Origin: an uncultured Methanosarcinaceae archaeon
Lineage (GTDB): Archaea; Halobacteriota; Methanosarcinia; Methanosarcinales; Methanosarcinaceae
DNA length: 64,000 bases
Direction of reading: 5' to 3'
Assembly (NCBI GenBank): GCA_963833425.1
Contig: CAWHXP010000009.1
Coordinates: forward strand, 95,220 to 159,219
Below, piece by piece: positions 14,234 to 23,478 of the stretch (positions are counted from its first letter, which is position 1; each line of letters starts with the position of its first letter). Made by a program: the position numbers and the translations under genes. The notes below the pieces were generated by a model, which was not told the origin of the DNA, made no database searches, and was given only the letters and a program-made list of their open reading frames with translations.

Positions 14234-16134
14234 AATACCACCACTTCTACCAATGCAATTACAATAAGCAATATGGAGATTACATATCCAAGTGTTGTAA
14301 GTTTGTTTTCTCCAAAAATATTTTGAAGATAAATGTTAGACACACTGCTTTTATCGTAACTGCCAACTCCATTACGGAACATCAGTTTATCCTTTTCAAG
14401 ATTATTCTCCCCACACATATAATAACCAGCTAGACGGGGAGTGAACATATTTTTAACAGCGAAGTAGATCAAAATGGCCAAAACGAGCACTATGAATATT
14501 ACTGCGTAAGCAAATGCTCCTATCTCCGATGTAAATTGCCCACCTTGCCCTGAAACATTAGGGATAATATTGAACAAAGTCGCAACCTGAGGTTTAATGA
14601 AATAGTCATATATTGAAAATACAAGAATACTTGTAACTACAATGCATGACCCAAGTAAAGATAATGGGAAATAGGTTTCCGGTTTTAAATGATGAACCGC
14701 ATTTTTATCCATAGAGGATGATAATATTGTTCCAAGCCATTTTACATAATAAACTGTAGTAAGCGCGCTCCCAAGTATGAGAAATATTGATACAATAGGA
14801 TTGCTGGAAGCTACCTCCATTGATACCCATTTTGTGAGTAAAACCCCAAAAGGAGGTAATAGCATGGATATCATTCCTAGAGATGCAAGCATTGTAAGAA
14901 AAGGAGCCTTTTTTATCAATCCGGACATATCTTCAATATCTTTGCTTCCAATAGTGTGTTCAATTTCGCCTGCACAAAGGAACAACAGGGCTTTTGATAT
15001 TGCATGGAATAAAATAAGCATAATAGCAGCAGCTACAGCCAGAGGTGTACCTATTCCAGCACTCGCGATAATCAATCCTAAATTTGCAATCGTAGAATAC
15101 GCCAGCACTCTTTTAGCATTTCTTTGAGATAAGGCTAAAGCTGAACACATAACGAAAGAAAAACTTCCGTAAATAGCAATTGCTGTTCCTAGTGGAGTGT
15201 TCGCAAAAGCAGGTACAAGCTTGACAATTAAGAAAACACCTGCATTTACCATCGTGCTCGAATGGAGTAAGGCAGAAACCGGAGTAGGAGCTACCATGGC
15301 GCCTAGGAGCCAGCTCTGAAAAGGCATTTGAGCAGATTTTGCAAAACCTGCAATACATAATAAGACAACAGGAAGAGCTACAGCAGCTGCTGTTGAACTA
15401 TTTCCAACTGCAGAAAGATTGGAGATGTCAAATTTAGTACTGAGCATAATTATAGCTAAAGAAAAAGTAATTCCACCAATCAAGTTTAAGGCTAGGGCTC
15501 TGAAACCATTACTTATGGATTCTTCATCCTGGTTGTATGAGATCAAAACGAATGAACAAAGAGTTGTGATTTCCCAGAAAAGATACAGCCATCCTAAGGT
15601 GTCAACCATGACTAGGCCGTTCATAGCTGCTAAGAAAAAGCTCATCGTAAAGTAAAACGTTTTTTGTCTGTTTAGATGTCTATGTTTTTCATAGTGATCC
15701 ATATATCCTGTTGCAAATAATATAATCGCAGTACCGATTATATTCACGATTAGTATCATGACCTGAGAAAATTGATCAATATTAAAAGAAACACTTTCAA
15801 TTTTTGCAATAGTTATATAGGAATAAGCTGCTATAACTGTTTGAATTGCAATTAGTGCAAGTGTAGGCCAGTTTTTATGCTTTGCTGATACGTAAAATAC
15901 AAATAATATTATAAGTACTTCAAGTATAAGGACAATGTTTTCTAATAGCGCAAAACTTGATCCAGCAACTTCAACTTTCCCAGTTCCATCTAATACTAAC
16001 ATAATCGAAGAAACTGCCCCTACTATGAAAAAAGCCCAGGCTAGAAATTTGTATAACGATTTGCCAAGAGCTAAGAATAAAAAAGAAAAAAGTATAGGTG
16101 CTGTAATTAATAGCATAATGGTGGTCTTCAACAT
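14230..16134 (-). CDS. echA: Ech hydrogenase membrane subunit A (NuoL/MrpA-like)
   Basis: KSAQMPFQSWL, APTPVSALLHSSTMV, KRVLAYSTI, HAISKALLF. Confidence 0.95.
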   Translation of the reverse strand: MLKTTIMLLITAPILFSFLFLALGKSLYKFLAWAFFIVGAVSSIMLVLDGTGKVEVAGSSFALLENIVLILEVLIILFVFYVSAKHKNWPTLALIAIQTVIAAYSYITIAKIESVSFNIDQFSQVMILIVNIIGTAIILFATGYMDHYEKHRHLNRQKTFYFTMSFFLAAMNGLVMVDTLGWLYLFWEITTLCSFVLISYNQDEESISNGFRALALNLIGGITFSLAIIMLSTKFDISNLSAVGNSSTAAAVALPVVLLCIAGFAKSAQMPFQSWLLGAMVAPTPVSALLHSSTMVNAGVFLIVKLVPAFANTPLGTAIAIYGSFSFVMCSALALSQRNAKRVLAYSTIANLGLIIASAGIGTPLAVAAAIMLILFHAISKALLFLCAGEIEHTIGSKDIEDMSGLIKKAPFLTMLASLGMISMLLPPFGVLLTKWVSMEVASSNPIVSIFLILGSALTTVYYVKWLGTILSSSMDKNAVHHLKPETYFPLSLLGSCIVVTSILVFSIYDYFIKPQVATLFNIIPNVSGQGGQFTSEIGAFAYAVIFIVLVLAILIYFAVKNMFTPRLAGYYMCGENNLEKDKLMFRNGVGSYDKSSVSNIYLQNIFGENKLTTLGYVISILLIVIALVEVVVL

Positions 16135-16390
16135 ATGATATGTCCTCCAATCTACTGATTTCTATCTAGTCCATCGAGTTATCATTCAATTTATATATAT
16201 TCCGTCTAATTTATCCTCCGATTTATTACGAGGAGGACTTACGCAACTGAAGAAAAAATTACCTACATATAGCACTGTGAATAGTTTGACATTTTAGATG
16301 TTACAAGACTTTTGAGATCAATTTTTCATTCCAATTGCGTAATTCCTGAGCATATAAGAATATGGACTTAAATAGCCCACAAATACTAAA

Positions 16391-16481
16391 TAGAATTTCG
16401 ATGAGCGCAAATTTTTGGTTGGTTGTTCATAAAGTATAAATACAAGCAATTTGTTGACATCAAAGATCTATCGAAATTCTC
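16391..16481. repeat. ~90-bp MITE with IS5-type TIRs in the ech upstream region
   Basis: TAGAATTTCGATGAGC...GATCTATCGAAATTCTC; interior similar to the 37665 copy in reverse. Confidence 0.7.
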
Positions 16482-16818
16482 TATCAATTCTTAAATCAAA
16501 ATTACAAGAAATAATAATACGCAACTAGTATCTATATGATACCTACATGTTACAAATATAACAAAGGCATATTTAAAGATAGTGATTTTTTTTTTATTTT
16601 TATATGAGGCTCCCAAAATAGAGTTTTGATTTAAAAATCCATCCTTTTTTTATCATCACAATCGTCACTCGCTTTGTTTTATAAAGATAGATATAAATAA
16701 TATAAAAATTGCCGCTTTTGTGATGAAGATACGATAGTATAATAAGATAGCCCTTTACAAGAAAGAAATATTATTAAAAAATTGGTGATGTTTAAATACC
16801 CAATATACCATAATTATC

Positions 16819-17505
16819 GTCAACCAGCACTAGCTGAAGAGCAAGTGGCTTACGGATTCGCTTCTGTATCTTTGAGAACAAGTTTCCATACCTATCCCCA
16901 GCATTCCAAGAGTATCAGAGATTCCAATTGGATTTGGACCAATTAGAGCGAATTGTGATGTTACCTGCAGAATTAATGTCTCTACCTTGTCTTGCAATCA
17001 GGAAATTTCCATTCTATATCTTTCAGCGTTAGCTCAGAGTTATGATATTCACAAACATTACAGATCTTAGATGATAATCCAAAGTTACCAATCATAAAAA
17101 TGGTTTTTTGGACCATTCTTAGGAAACTTAATAGTATTGTTATTAAAATTCAAATTGGAGCATTGTGGAATCTGGAATGACTGAGTTGGATTCTTCTTTG
17201 ATTCGAAGTTAGGAAAACCATTCTTTTCTCTAATAAATATAGTGCATGCAGATTCGATCTGTTTAGTCGTACCTTGAAGTGATTGGGAATTGATTTATCC
17301 TAATCAAGAATTTTGCTTTTTTAGACTCGAAATTAGTTTGTTTAAGTCTAAATCTATAAATTGATTTCTCTGTTCACTCATATGCTTTTACTTCATGATC
17401 AAGCGCACTTAATTATAGACAAAACTGTCAACTATTAATATGTTGATTAAGTTGGTTATATTAGTCAAATGTAGGATACAGCCCAAAAAAGAATGTTTTT
17501 ATCAT
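16819..17505 (-). pseudogene. tnpB: tnpB remnant (internally deleted) with IS200/605 right end
   Basis: Fragments MIKTFFFGLYPT, INSQSLQGTTKQIESACTIFIREKNGFPNFESKKNP, SSKICNVCEYHNSELTLKDIEWKFPDCK, RDINSAGNI; end motif GCCACTTGCTCTTCAGCTAGTGCTGGTTGAC. Confidence 0.85.
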
Positions 17506-17528
17506 ACAACATTTGATCAATTTTAACA

Positions 17529-18649
17529 GAGCATTTCGATAAACTTCGGATTTTATTTCTTAGCAGGAATTTCTCAGATCTTCCCCTCAATTTCTCTATT
17601 TAATCCCTCTTTTTGGCTTTACTATTCTCAATTCTTTGATTTTAAGGATAGCTTCCGCTATCTTCAATATACTTTTTTTATTTCCAATGTCCTCAATTGA
17701 TGGAGATTATAACAAAAAGCCGTACACAACATTTTTAGATTTACTCTTTTAACAGTAGTAACAAAAACTCTTCCTGCCTTGAAAATTTCTTTCGTTACTG
17801 AATAAACTCCTTCTACTGGGACTCTTTTTGAGCTAATTTTCTTATTTCTGAATATATCCTTTATTCCCAGCGTATGTCCTTTTACTGCTCTTTTCATTAA
17901 CGTTGTGATTTTGCTCCAAAGTATCCTCTGTCCCTATAAACCACTTCATTTTCCTCTGTCACATCTACATACGAATCATGTACTGACTCAGTTGTTGTTT
18001 TGAATCTTCTGATCAGCTCATAATCTCTGTCTATTATATTATGACGCTTATATCCAAAGTGAGACTTATCTCCTTCTTTGTCCATGTTCAGTCTCTGCTT
18101 CTTCTCGTTTTTGTCTCATCTCTCTGCTTTTGCATGTCATGGATCTGAATGGATAAAAGTAGCATCCTGGAGCATTCTTTGCTTTATCTGTAAACCCAGA
18201 GCATCAAGTTGGCTTTGCAACTTTTCCCATATTTTCTTTGAAATTCTCGATAATTCTCTCCCCAAATAGCCAGACAATAGTACTGTAAGGTATGTATTCC
18301 GGAAATACAAGGAATTTCCTAAAAGAAATTCGATCTATACACTGTTTCTCAAGTTCAAAATCAGAGAGCATGTGCCATTGTTTTAAAAAAAGCATTTTGA
18401 ACATCACAATGACATCAGTTTCAGGTCTCCCTCCTGAAACAGTTTTGTTGATATACATAGACTCAAGAATAATACGAAACGTTTTCCAATCATTAAGGAA
18501 TCAATTTCAGCAAGCTTATATCCAACAGATTCAAGACGTTTATACTCTTCTTTAAGAGCAAAATCAGTAAGAGTTTTCATGAATATACATAAATATTGAC
18601 AAATTTAAAGCCAACCATGCTCAAGAGCATGGAGGTTATCGAAATTCTC
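17529..18649 (-). mobile_element. IS5-family element, transposase inactivated (copy 1)
   Basis: TIRs GAGAATTTCGATAACC / GAGCATTTCGATAAAC; fragments GGRPETD..MFKML, LSDFELEKQCIDRISFRKFL, SHFGYK, YRDRGYFG. Confidence 0.92.
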
Positions 18650-18689
18650 TACAATTAATATACTGTTTGGTAAATATAGAGTTTGGACA

Positions 18690-19140
18690 CATTATAGAGT
18701 GCGAACACAATAATCATACAAAATTTTTGTTAATTTATCACATTCTCTTTGCGTGCAAGTATCGAAAGAAGATACTAGAACTGCTTGATTAAGAAATCAA
18801 AAGATAATTCATAACATTGAAAAGTAGGCATATTTTGAAATATTGGAAATTGAGATTGTCAAAGACAAAATCCACCTATTTGTTAGAGCGAGCCAAAAAT
18901 CAGCACTCTTACAATCATTTGAAAACATAAGCAAGAGACTAGAATTAGACTATAGAAAAATCAAAAAGAGTGATTGAAAAATACTATTGTAAAGAATATA
19001 CGTTATTAGAAAGGTGGGTATTCCGCACCTTTTATTGGCAATGTTAGCACAGAAGCAGCCAAAAATTACATACGGAACTAGGGTTGAAGTTGACGCTTGC
19101 ATCTGCTGGCTGAAGACCCACTGAGTTTAAGAGTTGCGTA
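18690..19140 (+). pseudogene. tnpA: IS200-type tnpA (Y1 transposase) remnant plus element end
   Basis: NHTKFLLIYHILFACKYRKKILE ... KIHLFV ... GYSAPFIGNVSTEAAKNYIRN*G* (to 19087); hairpin-like end downstream. Confidence 0.85.
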
Positions 19141-19356
19141 ATAACATGAGTATCTACAAAAGCAATTAATTCAGCGTTAAAGTGATGGAGTTGTCTTCCT
19201 CAAGAACTCTCAAAATTTTCTTTTCAATGATTGCAATTATTCCACCAATCATCTTATAAATGCATTAACTGAAAAGTATTCGGTCTAAACAATTTTTCAA
19301 TTCTGGAGTTCCCCCATTTGAAATTCTGTTTTATTTTCGTACATCTATCATTTGCG

Positions 19357-19445
19357 GAGAATTTAGATAAACCCCTTACTTTCACGAGTAATTCAATTTA
19401 CGAGTTATAAGCATATGACAAATATTAGGATTTATCGAAAATCTC
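19357..19445. repeat. 89-bp MITE with IS5-type TIRs
   Basis: GAGAATTTAGATAAACC...GATTTATCGAAAATCTC. Confidence 0.75.
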
Positions 19446-19707
19446 AGCAATAAGTCATCATATAATTCTAGTAATTCCTTTGCTAGAATAAAAATAGAAT
19501 TTGAATAATTTCTTATGTCCAGAGTAGCAGTGTGAACATACTCAATTATTCGAACTTGGTGGCCCGTCACAAATTTAATCGACCATGCCATTTGAAGTTT
19601 TTATATTTTTTTATTTAGTGAAAATACAAAAATTCACTAAAAATTAGGATGATTTTTAGAAATACTAAGAAGAAATTTAAATATAAGGAACTAAAGACAA
19701 AAGAACG

Positions 19708-19904
19708 TGGGGCTGGTGAGATTCGAACTCACGATCGACGGGTCTCTCCGAACAACTAACTCTAACAGTCTTGGTTCTGGTTAGCAACTATCAGTGCTCC
19801 AACGGCTCCTCATTGCCCTGCTCCGTCGAGAAAAACTCAGTAGACCCGTTGTTCATCATTTATCCGCTGGAGCCCATCGCCATGCCGGACTAGGCCACAG
19901 CCCC
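19708..19904 (-). tRNA. tRNA-Trp(CCA) with 123-nt intron (19744-19866)
   Basis: GGGGCTG/CAGCCCC acceptor stem, TTCGAAT T loop, anticodon CCA at 19870-19868, bulge-helix-bulge (CTCC/GGAG) at 37/38. Confidence 0.95.
19744..19866 (-). ncRNA. Box C/D guide RNA encoded in the tRNA-Trp intron
   Basis: C ATGATGA (19859-53), D' CTGA (19840-37), C' ATGAGGA (19813-07), D CTGA (19794-91); guides complementary to the pre-tRNA itself. Confidence 0.9.
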
Positions 19905-20103
19905 TAGACAAGAATAATGAGATATTCGTTCTCTTTTAAATAGATGACGGCAATAAATAAATTTGTCGGAAAATTAATCTTATTGCATGACCGTTTTCTC
20001 CTTAAAAATATTTCAATAATAGAGCATTCCTTAAGATCGCCTAGCTTATCAATTACACTGCCTAATAATAGTTTTTATGCTAAAGCATTTTTTTAACACG
20101 ACA

Positions 20104-20191
20104 AACAATTTAGATAAATTTCTAAACTATGTCGTTACTTACGAATTTTATATAAGTGATTGAGAAAATCAGAGGTTTATCTATGATTCTC
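20104..20191. repeat. Degenerate ~88-bp MITE
   Basis: AATTTAGATAAATT...GGTTTATCTATGATTCTC; internal TTTTATATAA. Confidence 0.6.
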
Positions 20192-20293
20192 AATAATTTA
20201 GAGTTCTATGAATCCTATATATCATATCGTGATGTCAACCTGGAGTGAGTCGAACAATAGCTTTTAGTAGGTTTCTGCACTGATTACTTTGTT

Positions 20294-21430
20294 ATGAAAG
20301 CTGTATGCATCTGTATGGGGGTACATCTGCCTTACAGTCCGAAGTGGTACTGGCCTGTAGAGGGCTTTTATGGAGTGCCCGAAATGGACCGTTATTTTGA
20401 CAGAGAAAATATTTTCTCTAAATTTTTAAAAACAAGTAGACAACTTTTGCACCTTAATAAAGTAATCATGGAATCCGTTGAAAAAGGAGGGAGATATTCC
20501 TTTGATCTATCTGGTCCTTTCCTCGAACAATGCAGATGGGATCCCGAACTTCTAGAGTCCTTCCGCGAACTCGAAGGAAGCGGAAGTGTGGAATTTACAG
20601 GAAGCTGCAGTTACCATTCCTTGAGTGCCCTATACCCTCATCTGTCCTGGTTTAATGATGAAATTGGTATCTACAGGGAGATTATTAGAGAACTGTTAGG
20701 TGTTACACCCAAAACTTTCGTGAATACCGAACTTTTATACACTGAAAGGATAGAATGCATTCTTGCAGAGGCGGGGTTCGGATGCTTAATTGCAGAAGGG
20801 TCAAAAAACCTTATAAATGGATATGATCCTGTAAATGTCTTCCAAAATAATCTTCCAACTCTTCTAAGACATATAAACCTTAGCGAAGACATTGAACTAC
20901 GTTTTTTGGAAAAAGATTGTGAAGGATGCCATCTTATCCCTAAAAAGTTCGCAGATTGGATCGAAAGCATGGAAGGTGATGTCTTGACCCTTTATTTTAA
21001 CTATACAAATCTATGTGCTCATAAAAGTAATGAGGATAAGATAGCCGATTTTATCCGGACATTCCCCCAAGCTCTCGAAATCAGGGGCATTGAAATGCTC
21101 ACACCTTCTGAAGCTGTAAAGATATTCTCATATTCAAAGCTACAAACACTTGGAACGGAACAAACAATCCGTTATGGAATGCATAATGCAATCGGAAATA
21201 ATGCCCAGCAGCTTTACATGCATGAACTTGTAAGGATTGGAGAGGAGCTTTCAGAGCTTAAGGGGAGTAAAGCTTACTGTAATCTGAGACGGATATTTGG
21301 TTATCTTCAGCAGAGCGAAATATTTTTTTCCATGAACTCTGGAAGTACTAGGGAAGGTTATGAAAGGGCTGTGAATTATTTTTCCATCTTGTCTGATTTC
21401 AGGAGAGCTGTCCTGGAGGAACCAAAATGA
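20294..21430 (+). CDS. GH57-family protein, divergent and probably non-catalytic
   Basis: Colinear with the downstream GH57 (HLPY, SGPFLEQ, YHSL, FVNTELLY, LSEDIELRF) but acid/base region reads YFNYTN. Confidence 0.85.
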   Translation: MKAVCICMGVHLPYSPKWYWPVEGFYGVPEMDRYFDRENIFSKFLKTSRQLLHLNKVIMESVEKGGRYSFDLSGPFLEQCRWDPELLESFRELEGSGSVEFTGSCSYHSLSALYPHLSWFNDEIGIYREIIRELLGVTPKTFVNTELLYTERIECILAEAGFGCLIAEGSKNLINGYDPVNVFQNNLPTLLRHINLSEDIELRFLEKDCEGCHLIPKKFADWIESMEGDVLTLYFNYTNLCAHKSNEDKIADFIRTFPQALEIRGIEMLTPSEAVKIFSYSKLQTLGTEQTIRYGMHNAIGNNAQQLYMHELVRIGEELSELKGSKAYCNLRRIFGYLQQSEIFFSMNSGSTREGYERAVNYFSILSDFRRAVLEEPK

Positions 21431-22647
21431 CATCTGTTTGCATGTATTTTCAGGTTCATCAGCCATTTAGATTGCGTAATTTCTGGCCTGACGAAAGATC
21501 TGGCTTTTACCGCTATTTTGACGAGAGAAGCAACAGAGAAATCTTTGAAAGGGTAGCAAGAAAGTGCTATATCCCTGCAAACAAAGTCCTTCTGAATTCT
21601 ATCAATGAGCACGAAGGAAAGTTTAGATTTTCCCTTTCTGTTACTGGTACGCTGCTAAAACAATGCGAATTATGGGGAACAGAAGTTCTAGAGGGCTTCC
21701 GACAAATGGCAGAAACAAAAGCTGTGGAATTTCTGGATGAAACTTATTATCATTCCCTTTCAAGCCTTTTTGAAAAAAAAGCCGAATTCGTCGAAGAAAT
21801 AAAGGAACATAGAGAACTTATGTTTGACCTTCTGGGGGTTGAACCGAAGGTATTTCGAAACACTGAACTGCTCTACAATAACTCAATCGCAAAAATTATT
21901 TCTGATTTGGGTTACAAGGCGATACTTACTGAAGGTGCAGATCACCTACTTGAAGGTGGATCCCCAAATTTGCTTTACAGAGCAAAAAATATAGGTATCC
22001 CAATTATTCTCAGGAACTACAAGTTGAGTGACGATATAGGATACCGTTTTTCAGCAAGATGGTGGGAATGCTATCCTTTGACTGCGGAAAAATGGGCTTC
22101 TTGGGTTTCAGGAATCAAAGAGGACTGTGTTAACATCTTTATTGATTATGAAACCTTTGGAGAACACCAGTGGAAAGAAACCGGGATTTTTACCTTTCTA
22201 CGAGAACTGCCTGGAGAAATTCTCAAGAAGCACCTGAACTTTAGCACTCCTTTTGAGATTGTCGAGAAATACTCACCTGTAGCTGAGATAGATGTAGGGG
22301 ATTTTTCCACTATTTCCTGGGCTGATATAGAACGTGATACCAGTGCGTGGCTTGGAAACGATATGCAACGACGTTGTTTTGAGGAAATAAAGTTGCTCGA
22401 ACCTTTTGTAAGAAAAACAGGAGACTCTGAGATCCTACGTATATGGAAACATCTGCTAACTTCGGATCATTATTATTATATATGCACTAAATGGCTCGGA
22501 GATGGGGATGTACACTCTTATTTCAGTGTTTATTCAACACCCTTCGATGCAGCAGTCAATTTCATGGCAGTGCTCATGGATTTCAAAGCCCAGGTATTCA
22601 AGAAACTTAGAGATATAGCTCAATTGGATTTACACATCAAATCATAG
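21427..22647 (+). CDS. GH57 alpha-amylase-like enzyme
   Basis: VHQP, ETYYHS, FRNTEL (nucleophile), FIDYETFGEH (acid/base), TSDHYYY; ATGA overlap with upstream gene. Confidence 0.93.
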   Translation: MTSVCMYFQVHQPFRLRNFWPDERSGFYRYFDERSNREIFERVARKCYIPANKVLLNSINEHEGKFRFSLSVTGTLLKQCELWGTEVLEGFRQMAETKAVEFLDETYYHSLSSLFEKKAEFVEEIKEHRELMFDLLGVEPKVFRNTELLYNNSIAKIISDLGYKAILTEGADHLLEGGSPNLLYRAKNIGIPIILRNYKLSDDIGYRFSARWWECYPLTAEKWASWVSGIKEDCVNIFIDYETFGEHQWKETGIFTFLRELPGEILKKHLNFSTPFEIVEKYSPVAEIDVGDFSTISWADIERDTSAWLGNDMQRRCFEEIKLLEPFVRKTGDSEILRIWKHLLTSDHYYYICTKWLGDGDVHSYFSVYSTPFDAAVNFMAVLMDFKAQVFKKLRDIAQLDLHIKS

Positions 22648-22659
22648 GAGTTTGAACAA

Positions 22660-23478
22660 ATGGTCAAAGATTTATTCATGTTTGCAGGCTTCAATGAAAA
22701 TTCGCAGATTGTATGGTTTAAAATTATTTATTCGAAAAAGCCTGGATCCTTATCCTTAATAACCGATTTTCTTGAAAAAGAAAATGCATTCATTATGTTT
22801 GGTCATCTGGATAATATTACACAAAAAACTGGAGAATATTTGATATATACAGAAATTAGTGAAAATATTAACCCTGAAGATCTTGCTCAAAAAATAAAAA
22901 GTATTGAAGTTGTATGTGAAGTAGAGTACGGGATTTCAAAATATGGGATGATTTATTCCGTGGATTTTCCTCTTAATGTAATAGGAGTCAGGGGAGTCAT
23001 GGCAAGAGCACTCACAATTGTTGATATAATCAAAACGCTCAATCAAAGTGTACCGCATGCCGAGGGGCTTCTTACAGTTTCTGGTCTTAAAGGAGGGATT
23101 CACGCAGCAAAATACTTCAAGAGCATCATGCCTATTAATGACAGTAATTACGCAAGCGTTCTTGCGGAACTCTACAGAGCTGTAGGCTGGGGAATCTTGG
23201 AAATTGAATGTGATCCGAAAACTTACGAAGGAAAAATCATTGTGAAAGACTCGTTTATAGCCGACGTTTACGGATCAGCCGACCAGCCTGTTTGTGCCTT
23301 TATGAGCGGCTACTTTGCGGGTTACCTGACAGATTATTTCGGGAAAAATATCAGTGTAAGAGAGGTCAGCTGTAAAGTCACCGGAAAGAAGTTTTGTGAA
23401 CATGTAATTTCTTTGGCGCCATCCAGCGTAAGCCAGGAATACCAGCTAAGGGGGACACACAGTGATCAGACAACCTAA
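22660..23478 (+). CDS. ACT-like + V4R domain protein
   Basis: N-terminal KPGSLSLITDFL (ACT-like); C-terminal GWG..E, PVCAFMSGYFAGYL, EVSC...G...CEH (V4R). Confidence 0.85.
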   Translation: MVKDLFMFAGFNENSQIVWFKIIYSKKPGSLSLITDFLEKENAFIMFGHLDNITQKTGEYLIYTEISENINPEDLAQKIKSIEVVCEVEYGISKYGMIYSVDFPLNVIGVRGVMARALTIVDIIKTLNQSVPHAEGLLTVSGLKGGIHAAKYFKSIMPINDSNYASVLAELYRAVGWGILEIECDPKTYEGKIIVKDSFIADVYGSADQPVCAFMSGYFAGYLTDYFGKNISVREVSCKVTGKKFCEHVISLAPSSVSQEYQLRGTHSDQTT

